Under the pieces are notes generated by a model. It was not told where the DNA came from and did no database searches. It saw only the letters and a list, made by a program, of their open reading frames with translations. Position numbers and translations under genes: made by a program. A DNA stretch of 32,525 nucleotides from Candidatus Bathyarchaeota archaeon (GTDB taxonomy: Archaea > Thermoproteota > Bathyarchaeia > TCS64): contig JBDRQD010000060.1 in the NCBI GenBank assembly GCA_043826455.1, positions 1-32,525 on the forward strand, read 5' to 3'. The first letter of the stretch is position 1; each line of letters opens with the position of its first letter. Shown in pieces: positions 8,283 to 16,605 of this stretch.

Positions 8283-9167
8283 CTAGATCATCCCCTTGGT
8301 GTTCATGGCGTCCCACATGGTGAAGACGGGCCCGTCCTTGCAGACGTACTTGATGGACTTGCCTGTGCCCACTATGCACTGGCCGCACTGGCCCAGGCCG
8401 CACCTCATGCGCCTCTCCAGGGTCATGTAGATGCGCTCGGGGGGCAGCCCCAGCTTCTCCAGCTCCCCCACAGTGAACCTGTACATGATGGGCGGGCCCC
8501 CCAGGATAGCGTAGGTGTTGCGGGTGGGCGGATCGATCTTGCCGAAGAGAGATGTGACCAGGCCCTTCATGCATCTGTCGCTCCTCTCGCACTCCAGCCC
8601 GTAGCAGGCCTGGTCGCTCTCGTCCTCGTAGCTGAGGTAGAGCTTTACGCCCTGCCTGTCGCCGTCCCGGAAGTAGCTCAGTATGTCGTCCTTGAAGAGC
8701 ATGAGGTCGTAGCACCTGACGCCGTAGAGGACGCTGATCTCGCCGAACCTCTCCCTGTTCATGAGGGCGTACTGGAGCACCCCCCGTATGGGGGCTATGC
8801 CCAGGCCGCCGGCGACCAGGAGGAGGTCGCTCCCCTCGAACCTGTCCATGGGGAACCCGTTGCCGTAGGGGCCTCTCACCCAGACTATGTTCCCGGCCTT
8901 GAGGCTGTGGATGGCGTTGGTCACCCTGCCGGCGTTCCTTATGCAGAGCTCCAGGCCGGGCTCGCCGGTCTGGGCCGTGCATATGGAGATGGGTGCCTCG
9001 CCGACGCCCATGACGCCCAGCTTGATGAACTGGCCCGGGGTGTAGGTGAAGTTCTCGGCGTACTCCTTGTCCTGGAACTTGATGGTCACCAGCTTCTCGA
9101 TACCCGTCATCTCACGTATCTCGGTTATCCTGGCCTTGGCCGGCTCCAACGGGTTGAAAGTCGTCAC
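8283..9167 (-). CDS. hydG: Sulfhydrogenase gamma subunit (FAD/NAD(P)-binding, [2Fe-2S]; AsrB-like)
   Basis: PGQF, GEAPISI, RGPYGNGF, AGGLGIAP and ERRMRCGLGQCGQC...CKDGPVF. Confidence 0.92.
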   Translation of the reverse strand: MTTFNPLEPAKARITEIREMTGIEKLVTIKFQDKEYAENFTYTPGQFIKLGVMGVGEAPISICTAQTGEPGLELCIRNAGRVTNAIHSLKAGNIVWVRGPYGNGFPMDRFEGSDLLLVAGGLGIAPIRGVLQYALMNRERFGEISVLYGVRCYDLMLFKDDILSYFRDGDRQGVKLYLSYEDESDQACYGLECERSDRCMKGLVTSLFGKIDPPTRNTYAILGGPPIMYRFTVGELEKLGLPPERIYMTLERRMRCGLGQCGQCIVGTGKSIKYVCKDGPVFTMWDAMNTKGMI

Positions 9168-10189
9168 TGCGCGTCACCTCTCACCTTACTCATGACCTCC
9201 ACGAAGTCTATGTCTGCGGGACAGAAAGTGGAGCACCTGCCGCAGCCCACGCAGTTGGGCAGACCCTCCCGTAGGCTCCCCTTGCAGTTGAACCTGTTAC
9301 GGAGGCGTTCCGCTGGGGACGGCCTGAAGTTGTGGCCCCCAGCCACCAGCCCGTGCTCCTTGAGCATGCACGAGTACCATGTCCGCACTCTCTCACCCGT
9401 GTTCATGTCCAGGTTCAGGTAGTCTTGGACGTCGTAGCACCTGCACCGGGGGCACACAAGGTTGCATGAGCCGCAGCCGAGGCATCTGTCGCCGTATTCT
9501 TTCCAGACCGGTGAATCGTAGGTCACGTCCAGAAACTCCTGGAGGCCCGACATCTCCAGGCTCAGAGTGAACGCCTCGTGCCGACGCTTCTCGGCCTCCT
9601 TGAAGGCCTCGATGTCCGCGGCCTCCGCTGGTGTGAAGAGCCTGGGGTGGGCCTTCACTATGTTGCTTCCCTTGAGGCTTCCCACTCGCACCAGGTACCT
9701 GTCCTCGATGTCGTTGAGAAACAGCTCGTACCCCTCCTGGGCGAAGCTGGTGCCAGTGGACTCGCAGAAGCAGTGCTCATCGGGCGTACAGCTGACCCCC
9801 ACGATGACGGAGTTGCGCCTGCGGTCCAGGTAGTACTTGTCAGGGAGCTCCTCCATGAAGACGCGGGCCAGCAGGTTCATGGCGTTGATGTCGCAGGCGT
9901 GGACGCCCAGGAGCACCATTGCCCTGTCTATATTAGGGGGCTCCGCGTACTCCTCCCGCTCCTTGTCGAACGTGAATATGATCTCCTCCGGGTGTATGAA
10001 GTACTTCTTGGGAGGTATCATGGTCCGCGTGTAGGAAAGGTCAGCCTCCTCCAGAGCCCGGACGATCTGGAACCTGTGGGTCTTCTCTGTGGCCTTTACG
10101 GGGGCCGCCACGTCCCCGTAGCCCTGGAGGGCCTGGAAGAACTCCTTCATCCGAGATTTGCTGAGAACTTTAACAAGTGGTTCACTCAA
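9164..10189 (-). CDS. hydB: Sulfhydrogenase beta subunit (Fe-S; AsrA-like)
   Basis: PPKKYF, GVHACD, CTPDEHCFC, CLGCGSCNLVCPRCRC and CVGCGRCSTFCP; overlaps the hydG start. Confidence 0.92.
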   Translation of the reverse strand: MSEPLVKVLSKSRMKEFFQALQGYGDVAAPVKATEKTHRFQIVRALEEADLSYTRTMIPPKKYFIHPEEIIFTFDKEREEYAEPPNIDRAMVLLGVHACDINAMNLLARVFMEELPDKYYLDRRRNSVIVGVSCTPDEHCFCESTGTSFAQEGYELFLNDIEDRYLVRVGSLKGSNIVKAHPRLFTPAEAADIEAFKEAEKRRHEAFTLSLEMSGLQEFLDVTYDSPVWKEYGDRCLGCGSCNLVCPRCRCYDVQDYLNLDMNTGERVRTWYSCMLKEHGLVAGGHNFRPSPAERLRNRFNCKGSLREGLPNCVGCGRCSTFCPADIDFVEVMSKVRGDAQ

Positions 10190-10218
10190 AGCCTGGTCCC
10201 TTAGAGGGACAGTATGTG

Positions 10219-10235
10219 GTAATTATGTTAATTAC
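10219..10235. promoter_or_regulatory. Perfect palindrome GTAATTA-tgt-TAATTAC in the hydBGDA promoter
   Basis: 7-3-7 inverted repeat 30-46 nt upstream of the hydB start, within AT-rich promoter DNA. Confidence 0.55.
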
Positions 10236-10320
10236 ATTTATTATCGGAGAACCGGAAAAAAGGTTGAAAAACGAACCATCAACCGTGCTACGCTTCTGTA
10301 AAACGGAATAAGGAGCACGC

Positions 10321-11064
10321 CTACAACCCACAGAGCTTCGTGAGGTTCCTGGTGGCCGCCTCGCCTACCTCGAGGCGCGTGTGCCCCTTAATCTCAGCTA
10401 TGAGGTCGCAGACGGTGTGGACGCCCTGGGGTGTCCCGCTGTCCGTCTCCGTAAGGATGTACTCCAGAGGGACGGCTTTCACGGCCTTCCTGTAGTTCTC
10501 GTCGGCGCCCTGGATGGTCCTAAGCCCGATGGAGAGGTAGACCCCGTGGTCTACGCACCTCTTGGCGTACTCGGCGTCCTTGTTGAAGCCATGGATGGCT
10601 ACCCCTGTAGAGAGGTTGTCCGACTTCAGCAGGGTGTCCAGTATCTCCTGGCCCGGCGCCCTGTCGTGGACTATGGCGGGGAGATTCAGCTCGTGGGCGA
10701 GCCCTAGCTGAGCCCTGAGCGTCCGGTACTGGGTCTTCTTGTCGATGAACCTCTCCTCCCGGACCCACTCCTTGGTCATCCGGCCCACGAAGTCCAACCC
10801 GATCTCGCTTATGGCGACTACCTCGGGGTCCCCGGCCAGCTCCCTGAACCGGGCCTCCACTTCGCCGCTGTACTCGTCGGCGTACCAAGGGTGCACGCCA
10901 ACGCAGCCCTTTACGATGCCGAACTTTTTCGCCGTCTCGGCGGCCTCCTCGGATGATTTCAGGTCGATCCCCGCGGATAGCAGGAGCTTGAAGCCATCCG
11001 CCTCGGCCTTCTCCACAGCCTCGGGCGTGATGGCCCTCAGGTGACAGTGACTCTCAGAATACAT
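10321..11064 (-). CDS. tatD: TatD-family metal-dependent hydrolase
   Basis: N-terminal SHCHL, GVHP, SEIGLD, VHDR, IHGF and TETD. Confidence 0.9.
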   Translation of the reverse strand: MYSESHCHLRAITPEAVEKAEADGFKLLLSAGIDLKSSEEAAETAKKFGIVKGCVGVHPWYADEYSGEVEARFRELAGDPEVVAISEIGLDFVGRMTKEWVREERFIDKKTQYRTLRAQLGLAHELNLPAIVHDRAPGQEILDTLLKSDNLSTGVAIHGFNKDAEYAKRCVDHGVYLSIGLRTIQGADENYRKAVKAVPLEYILTETDSGTPQGVHTVCDLIAEIKGHTRLEVGEAATRNLTKLCGL

Positions 11065-11065
11065 G

Positions 11066-11094
11066 CCATAAAATACGCCTCAGAGATTTTATGG
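11066..11094. promoter_or_regulatory. Inverted repeat CCATAAAAT-N11-ATTTTATGG between tatD and hdrC
   Basis: Perfect 9-bp arms in the 88-bp divergent intergenic region. Confidence 0.5.
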
Positions 11095-11152
11095 GTTTCC
11101 CAGTTTAAACTCAACTCTTTTAATCAACGAAATAAGGGTAATTAGGATAAAT

Positions 11153-11632
11153 ATGGCAGAGGGAGCGATGGTCGACCTAACAGGGTCCGACACGCGTTTT
11201 CTGAGAAGCCTCAGCAAGGAGCTCGGAGCAGCCGACCTCTCCAAGTGCTTCCAGTGCGGCGTATGCACCGCCTCGTGCCCCGTCAGGGAGATGGAGGAAA
11301 GGTTCAACCCGCGAAAGATAATGAAGCTGGCCAAGCTGGGCCTGAAGGACGAGGTATTCAAGAGCGACTTCATCTGGCTGTGCAGCATGTGCTTCATGTG
11401 CCACGAGAGGTGCCCCCAGGACGTCAAGCCACCGGACGTGATGACCGTCCTCAGGAACATGGCGGCCAAGGAGGGCAAGGCGCCCCCCAACCTGGTGAAG
11501 CTGATGAGCATCCTGGCCGAGAACGGCCGCGTATACCCCCTGGACGACTTCACAGCTGAGGAGCGGGAGGACCGGGACCTGCCTGAGCTGGAGCAGGAGC
11601 CGGGCTTCGTGAAGAAGATAGCGGAGGCATGA
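11153..11632 (+). CDS. hdrC: Heterodisulfide reductase subunit C
   Basis: CFQCGVCTASCP and WLCSMCFMCHERCP. Confidence 0.93.
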   Translation: MAEGAMVDLTGSDTRFLRSLSKELGAADLSKCFQCGVCTASCPVREMEERFNPRKIMKLAKLGLKDEVFKSDFIWLCSMCFMCHERCPQDVKPPDVMTVLRNMAAKEGKAPPNLVKLMSILAENGRVYPLDDFTAEEREDRDLPELEQEPGFVKKIAEA

Positions 11633-12504
11633 AGTTGAAGTACCAACTGTTCCTAGGATGCACCATACCGGCTCGGCAGTCCAACTACGAGCAGTCTGCC
11701 CGGAAAGTGTCCGAAGCCCTGGGCATAGAGCTCTCCGACCCAGAGTTCGGGTGCTGCGGGTTCCCCATAGAGCCCGTGGACGAGGTGAAGGCCCTAGCCA
11801 TGGCGGCAGTGAACCTGAAGAAGGCGGATGAGGATGACAGCTCGGTGGTAACCCTTTGCTCGGCTTGCGGAGAGATGCTCGTCAAAGCGGAGAAGCTCCT
11901 AGGCGACGAGGAGACAGCCAAGAAGGTTAACGCGGTGCTGACCAAGAGCGTGGGGACAACCTACGAGGGCGAGAAGCCGGAGGTCCTCCACTTCGCCAGG
12001 ATGCTCCACCAGGTCTACGGCCTGGACAAGATCAGGGAGAAGGTGAAGAAGCCCCTCGGCCTCAAGGTGGCCACCCACCCGGGATGCCACTACGTCAGGC
12101 CCAAGGACCTGTTCGCAGGCTTCGACGACCCGGAGTACCCGCGGAGCCTGGACGAGCTTGTGGAGGCCACGGGCGCCGAGTCCGTGGACTACGTGGGCAA
12201 GACGGACTGCTGCGGGGGCAGCCTGCTGGCCGTGGACGAGAGGGTGTCCAAGGCCATGACCCGGAAGAAGCTGGACAGGCTCAAGGGGAAGGTGGACGCC
12301 CTGGTGCTCATCTGCCCCTTCTGCGGTATAATGTACGACAAGTACCAGAGGCTCCTGGAGGAGGAAGCAGATACCAAGTACGGTGTGCCTGTGCTCTACT
12401 ACCCTCAGCTCCTGGGCCTAGCCCTGGGCCTGGACCCAGGCGACCTGGGCTTCGACGTGAACTCAGTATCCGTTAAGCAGTTGCTGGAGAAGGTGATGAA
12501 ATGA
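11629..12504 (+). CDS. hdrB: Heterodisulfide reductase subunit B
   Basis: Two CCG domains: LGC...GCCG...CSAC and HPGCH...DCCGG...CPFC; also YYPQLLGLALG. Confidence 0.93.
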   Translation: MKLKYQLFLGCTIPARQSNYEQSARKVSEALGIELSDPEFGCCGFPIEPVDEVKALAMAAVNLKKADEDDSSVVTLCSACGEMLVKAEKLLGDEETAKKVNAVLTKSVGTTYEGEKPEVLHFARMLHQVYGLDKIREKVKKPLGLKVATHPGCHYVRPKDLFAGFDDPEYPRSLDELVEATGAESVDYVGKTDCCGGSLLAVDERVSKAMTRKKLDRLKGKVDALVLICPFCGIMYDKYQRLLEEEADTKYGVPVLYYPQLLGLALGLDPGDLGFDVNSVSVKQLLEKVMK

Positions 12505-14819
12505 CTGGAGTGTTCATCTGCCGCTGCGGCGGCAACATAAGCGGCACCGTGAAGTGTGAGGAGGTCAGGGACGCAGTCAAGGGCATGGAGGGCGTGAAAA
12601 CCGCCCAGGTCACCGACTTCCTGTGCAGCAAGCCTGGGCTTCAGCTCATCAGAAACGCCATCAAGAACAGGAAGCTGGACAGGGTGGTGGTGGCCTGCTG
12701 CAGCCCTCACATGCACGAGAAGATGTTCCAGAACGTCATCGAGGAGGAGGGCGTCAACAGGTACCAGATGGTCCACGTGAACCTCCGGGAGCACTGTAGC
12801 TGGATACACGACAAGGGGGCCACCGAGAAGGCCGTCAGCCTCGTTAAGGGGGGCGTCAAGCGGGCTCAGGCCCTGCAGCCCCTCCAGGACAAGGAGATAG
12901 ATGTCAACAGGGACGTCATGGTGGTGGGCGGAGGCGTGGCGGGCATCACAGCCGCCCTGCAGCTCGCGGAGGCCGGGTTCAACGTCAACCTGGTGGAGCG
13001 AAACCCCAGCATAGGGGGCAGGATGGCCCAGCTGAGCAAGACCTTCCCCACCCTAGACTGCAGCCCCTGTATACTCAGCCCCAGGATGGCCGAGGTGGAG
13101 AACACCCCCAACATCACCCTCTACACCAACAGCGAGGTCCAGGAGCTATCCGGAGGCCCAGGTAACTTCCGGGTCAAGGTCAAGGCGAGGGCCCGGGGCG
13201 TGGACGCCGACAAGTGCCTCAAGTGTGGGCGGTGCAGCCAGGTCTGCCCCACAGAGGTGCCCAGCGAGTTCGAGGAGGGCATGTACCCAAGGAAGGCCAT
13301 ATACCTGCCCTTCCCCCAGGCCGTGCCCAGCAGCTACATAGTGGACTTCGAGCACTGCATCGGCTGCCAGGCCTGCGTAGACGCTTGCCCGGTGAAGGCC
13401 GTGAACCTAGACGAACAGGACAAGGAGATCGAGGTGGACGTGGGCTCCATAGTCGTGGCCACGGGCTTCGACCTCATAGACGACACCCACCTCAGGAGCT
13501 ACAGGCCCGACCACCCCCAGGTCATCAACGCCATGCAGGTGGAGAGGCTCATAGAGAACGAGCTCACCGAGGGCAAGGTGCTCACCACCCCCAGCGGGGG
13601 CAGGGTGAAGAGCCTGGCATACATCCTGTGCGCAGGCAGCAGGGACCCCCACAGGGGCGTCAGCTACTGCAGCAGCGTCTGCTGCCCCTACACTGTGAAA
13701 CAGGCCATACTGCTGAAGAAGTTCCTACCCTACCTCAAGATATACATATACTACACGGACATGAGGATGACGGGCCGAGGCTTCGAAGACTTTTACCGTG
13801 AGGCCCGGGAGAAGGACATAATCTTCATCCACGGCAAACCAGGCAACCTAACGCCTCTACCGGAGGGCGGCGTGGAGATCAAGGTGGAGGACATGGACAC
13901 CGGGCTCCTCACCAGGAACCTGGTGGATATAGCGGTCCTAAGCTCAGCCATGGTACCCTCCAAGGGCACGGCTGAGCTGGCCAACAGGCTGGGCATAGCT
14001 CTGGGCGAGGACCTGTTTATTGCCAGCAAGCATGTGAAGCTGGACCCCATAAGCACCCTGAAGGAGGGCATCTACGCGGCGGGGGTGGCCACGGGAACTA
14101 AAGACATCCACGACTCCGTCATAGACGCCCGAGCCGCCTCCAGCCACGTAACCAACTTCCTAGGGGAGGGCAAGCTGAAGCTGAGCCCCTTCAAGCCGGT
14201 GCACGTGGGCGAGTGTGACCACTGCGGCCTCTGCGTGGAGGCCTGCAACAGGAACGCCGTGAAGCTGGAGGAGCAGGGACCGGTCATCGAGCTTGTGAGC
14301 TGCAACGGCTGCGGAGCCTGTGTGGCAGCCTGCCAGATGGGCGGACTCACGCTTCCCAACTACACCAAGAAGGCACTTCTGGGCGAAGTAGAGGGCCTCC
14401 TGGAGGACAAGGGGGACGAGGTGGCCGTCGTAGGCTTCTTTGACGACAACATAAGCTACACTGCCGCCGACAACGCCGGCACGGCCAGACTCCACTACCC
14501 CACCAACATGAAGATCGTCAGGACAACCACTACCGCTATCCTCGACAAGGACATCATCCTGAGAACCTTCGCCCTGGGCGCCGACGGCGTCATGGTGAGT
14601 GAGGTGGAGGAAAGCCACGAGGCCGAGCTGGCCCACCGGCTGGTGGACGACGTGAAGAAGGCGCTGAGTGAGAGGGGCGTGGAGCCCGAGAGGGCCATGT
14701 TCCAGCCCATGGTTCTACCCATCTTCAAGGTGCTCCCCAAGTTCATCTCGGACTTCACCGACAAGGTGAAGGCCCTGGGCATGATACCTGACGACAAGAG
14801 GAGGAGCCTCCTCTCCTAA
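12501..14819 (+). CDS. hdrA: Heterodisulfide reductase subunit A with a fused C-terminal MvhD-like domain
   Basis: CRCGGNI/ACCSP/REHCSW N-domain, GGGVAG FAD site, KTFPTLDCSPCIL, inserted ferredoxin, CAGSRD...CSSVCC and a C-terminal ferredoxin, followed by SYTAADNAGTARLHYP...GADGV...GVEPER (MvhD-like). Confidence 0.93.
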   Translation: MTGVFICRCGGNISGTVKCEEVRDAVKGMEGVKTAQVTDFLCSKPGLQLIRNAIKNRKLDRVVVACCSPHMHEKMFQNVIEEEGVNRYQMVHVNLREHCSWIHDKGATEKAVSLVKGGVKRAQALQPLQDKEIDVNRDVMVVGGGVAGITAALQLAEAGFNVNLVERNPSIGGRMAQLSKTFPTLDCSPCILSPRMAEVENTPNITLYTNSEVQELSGGPGNFRVKVKARARGVDADKCLKCGRCSQVCPTEVPSEFEEGMYPRKAIYLPFPQAVPSSYIVDFEHCIGCQACVDACPVKAVNLDEQDKEIEVDVGSIVVATGFDLIDDTHLRSYRPDHPQVINAMQVERLIENELTEGKVLTTPSGGRVKSLAYILCAGSRDPHRGVSYCSSVCCPYTVKQAILLKKFLPYLKIYIYYTDMRMTGRGFEDFYREAREKDIIFIHGKPGNLTPLPEGGVEIKVEDMDTGLLTRNLVDIAVLSSAMVPSKGTAELANRLGIALGEDLFIASKHVKLDPISTLKEGIYAAGVATGTKDIHDSVIDARAASSHVTNFLGEGKLKLSPFKPVHVGECDHCGLCVEACNRNAVKLEEQGPVIELVSCNGCGACVAACQMGGLTLPNYTKKALLGEVEGLLEDKGDEVAVVGFFDDNISYTAADNAGTARLHYPTNMKIVRTTTTAILDKDIILRTFALGADGVMVSEVEESHEAELAHRLVDDVKKALSERGVEPERAMFQPMVLPIFKVLPKFISDFTDKVKALGMIPDDKRRSLLS

Positions 14820-14870
14820 CTTTTTCAAGTTCTACTTAGTAATTGTAATGTAGGCAACGATAATGGAGGC

Positions 14871-15023
14871 TTAAGCCAGTGCCTCGTTCTCCAGAACCGG
14901 CTCAGCTTCAACAAGATTTACCTCAGGCGAGACAAGCACACGGGTTCTGATGACCCACAAGGCCGCCGCGGCCACCAATAAGTAGCAGACGACGCACAAG
15001 GCGATGAGGTCCGTGGCGTACAT
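14871..15023 (-). CDS. Small single-pass membrane protein, 50 aa (below the ORF-track cutoff)
   Basis: Manual translation: MYATDLIALCVVCYLLVAAAALWVIRTRVLVSPEVNLVEAEPVLENEALA*. Confidence 0.55.
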   Translation of the reverse strand: MYATDLIALCVVCYLLVAAAALWVIRTRVLVSPEVNLVEAEPVLENEALA

Positions 15024-15090
15024 GAGTACCTGATCGTGCCTTCGTTGGCGAGGTTAATACGCCTTGGATGTAGACGCCGGCTACAGAACG

Positions 15091-15978
15091 CTACCAGTCC
15101 GCCTGCCGCTTGTACATGGTGTAGAGGTCGATGATGGCCAGGTTCTCCAGGGCGCCGGTGACGAAGCTCAGGTATAGCCCTACCCAGGGAATCACTCCTA
15201 GCCCCATCAACACAAGAAAGAGGAGCAGAGTGATGCCCAGGTAGGACATGGCGCGCCTCCGGGTGAACCCCACCGTGAGCCTCAGTGCCTCCACGAAGCC
15301 CACATCCTCACCCACCATAACTATGTAGACAGGGCCTACGAGGAATACAGCCACGATGAGGGCCGCGGTGAACAGCAGGCCCATCCACACGGCCGCCTCG
15401 AACCCTACGGCGTCTCTCCCCATGATCAAGACAACGTATACAGCCCCAGCGAGAAACGAGAAAAGGGCAGTCCACAGGCTGGCCACGATGAACCGTCCAA
15501 GGTTCCGCGCAATGTACCTGTAGCTGGACTGCACATCTCCCTCCTCACCGCGGAGGATTCTCCAAGACAGGTGTATGGAGGCAAGGGACGAGGCCCAGCT
15601 CAGCAGCCCCAGGAAGAGGACAGCCACGGGCACCCAGCCCAGGAAACGCGTGTAGTCGAAGAGGCCTGAGGCGTAGGCCGCGGGGGACATCCCCGCCTGG
15701 GCCTCAAATAGTCGCCATAGGTACGCCATGAAGTCCTGGTAGACGTCCCACGACTCCACCACGTAGCCGCTGAGAAGGGAGAACACGGCGCCGATTGCAC
15801 CCGGAATGAACACCCTGGGGCTTCTCCTGGCCACATCTGCAGCGTACTTGAGGTGCTCTACTGCGCCTGTGCGCTCCGGCCTCACGGCCTCCGAGACACG
15901 AGGGAACTCGGTTCCGCAGCGCGGACACTTGGCGGCCTCGGCCACGACCTCCAGGCCGCAGCGTGGACAATAAACCAT
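15091..15978 (-). CDS. Zinc-ribbon domain multi-pass membrane protein
   Basis: N-terminal CPRCG...CPRCG followed by several hydrophobic helices. Confidence 0.85.
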   Translation of the reverse strand: MVYCPRCGLEVVAEAAKCPRCGTEFPRVSEAVRPERTGAVEHLKYAADVARRSPRVFIPGAIGAVFSLLSGYVVESWDVYQDFMAYLWRLFEAQAGMSPAAYASGLFDYTRFLGWVPVAVLFLGLLSWASSLASIHLSWRILRGEEGDVQSSYRYIARNLGRFIVASLWTALFSFLAGAVYVVLIMGRDAVGFEAAVWMGLLFTAALIVAVFLVGPVYIVMVGEDVGFVEALRLTVGFTRRRAMSYLGITLLLFLVLMGLGVIPWVGLYLSFVTGALENLAIIDLYTMYKRQADW

Positions 15979-16150
15979 GATACTTCACCAGGTTTCCAGT
16001 GCTTGTGTTTTTCCTAGACTAGAGTAATTTACCCACATTAAATAGCTGTGCAGATGGAAAGCTGTAATTGAGTTATCTACTGAACTGATGAGCGCACGAG
16101 AGAGCATGGAAAACAGATAATTATTTTCTTCGTCAAATCAGATATGAGTC

Positions 16151-16552
16151 TTGATGCACATGGACGGATTTGAGACCAAAAAACTGTCTAAAAAAAGATG
16201 CGACGTGGCGCCTGATGGCTCCGACGCCAGAACATTATTGAAGCTCAGTAGGGGAAGCCTGGTGCACTTCGAGCTACCGCCAGACGCGGTCTCGAGGGCT
16301 GGAGTCCATGATAATGTCGAAGAGATATGGTACGTTCTGAAGGGACGAGGTGAAATGTGGCGCAAACGCGATGAGCGGGATTTGATCGTCGCTTTGGAGC
16401 CTGGGGTATGTGTGACAGTCCCCCCCAGCACGCACTTCCAGTTCCGATCAACCGGCTTCGAGCCGTTATCAGCCATAGTAGTAACTATGCCTCCTTGGCC
16501 CGGGCCGCAGGAATGGAGCGAAGTAAAAGGAGTGTGGCCGCCCACAGTTTAG
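16151..16552 (+). CDS. Cupin domain protein
   Basis: HDNVEEIWYVLKGRG...PGVCVTVPPSTHFQF cupin motifs 1 and 2. Confidence 0.85.
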   Translation: MMHMDGFETKKLSKKRCDVAPDGSDARTLLKLSRGSLVHFELPPDAVSRAGVHDNVEEIWYVLKGRGEMWRKRDERDLIVALEPGVCVTVPPSTHFQFRSTGFEPLSAIVVTMPPWPGPQEWSEVKGVWPPTV

Positions 16553-16605
16553 GTCTCACACACACTCGTAACAGAGTGATCATGGGCGCAGAGCCTTGGA
16601 TAAGA

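Noticed and set aside
7504..8982. 492-aa ORF as an extended or fused small subunit
   Set aside because: The first 237 codons are an alternate frame of hydG; the real start is 8271 with an SD.
14421..14819. Selenocysteine recoding as the cause of the missing MvhD cysteines
   Set aside because: No in-frame TGA; the positions are ordinary sense codons.
15992..16001. GTTTCCAGTG ORB-like word
   Set aside because: Single imperfect copy with no G-string, far from cdc6.
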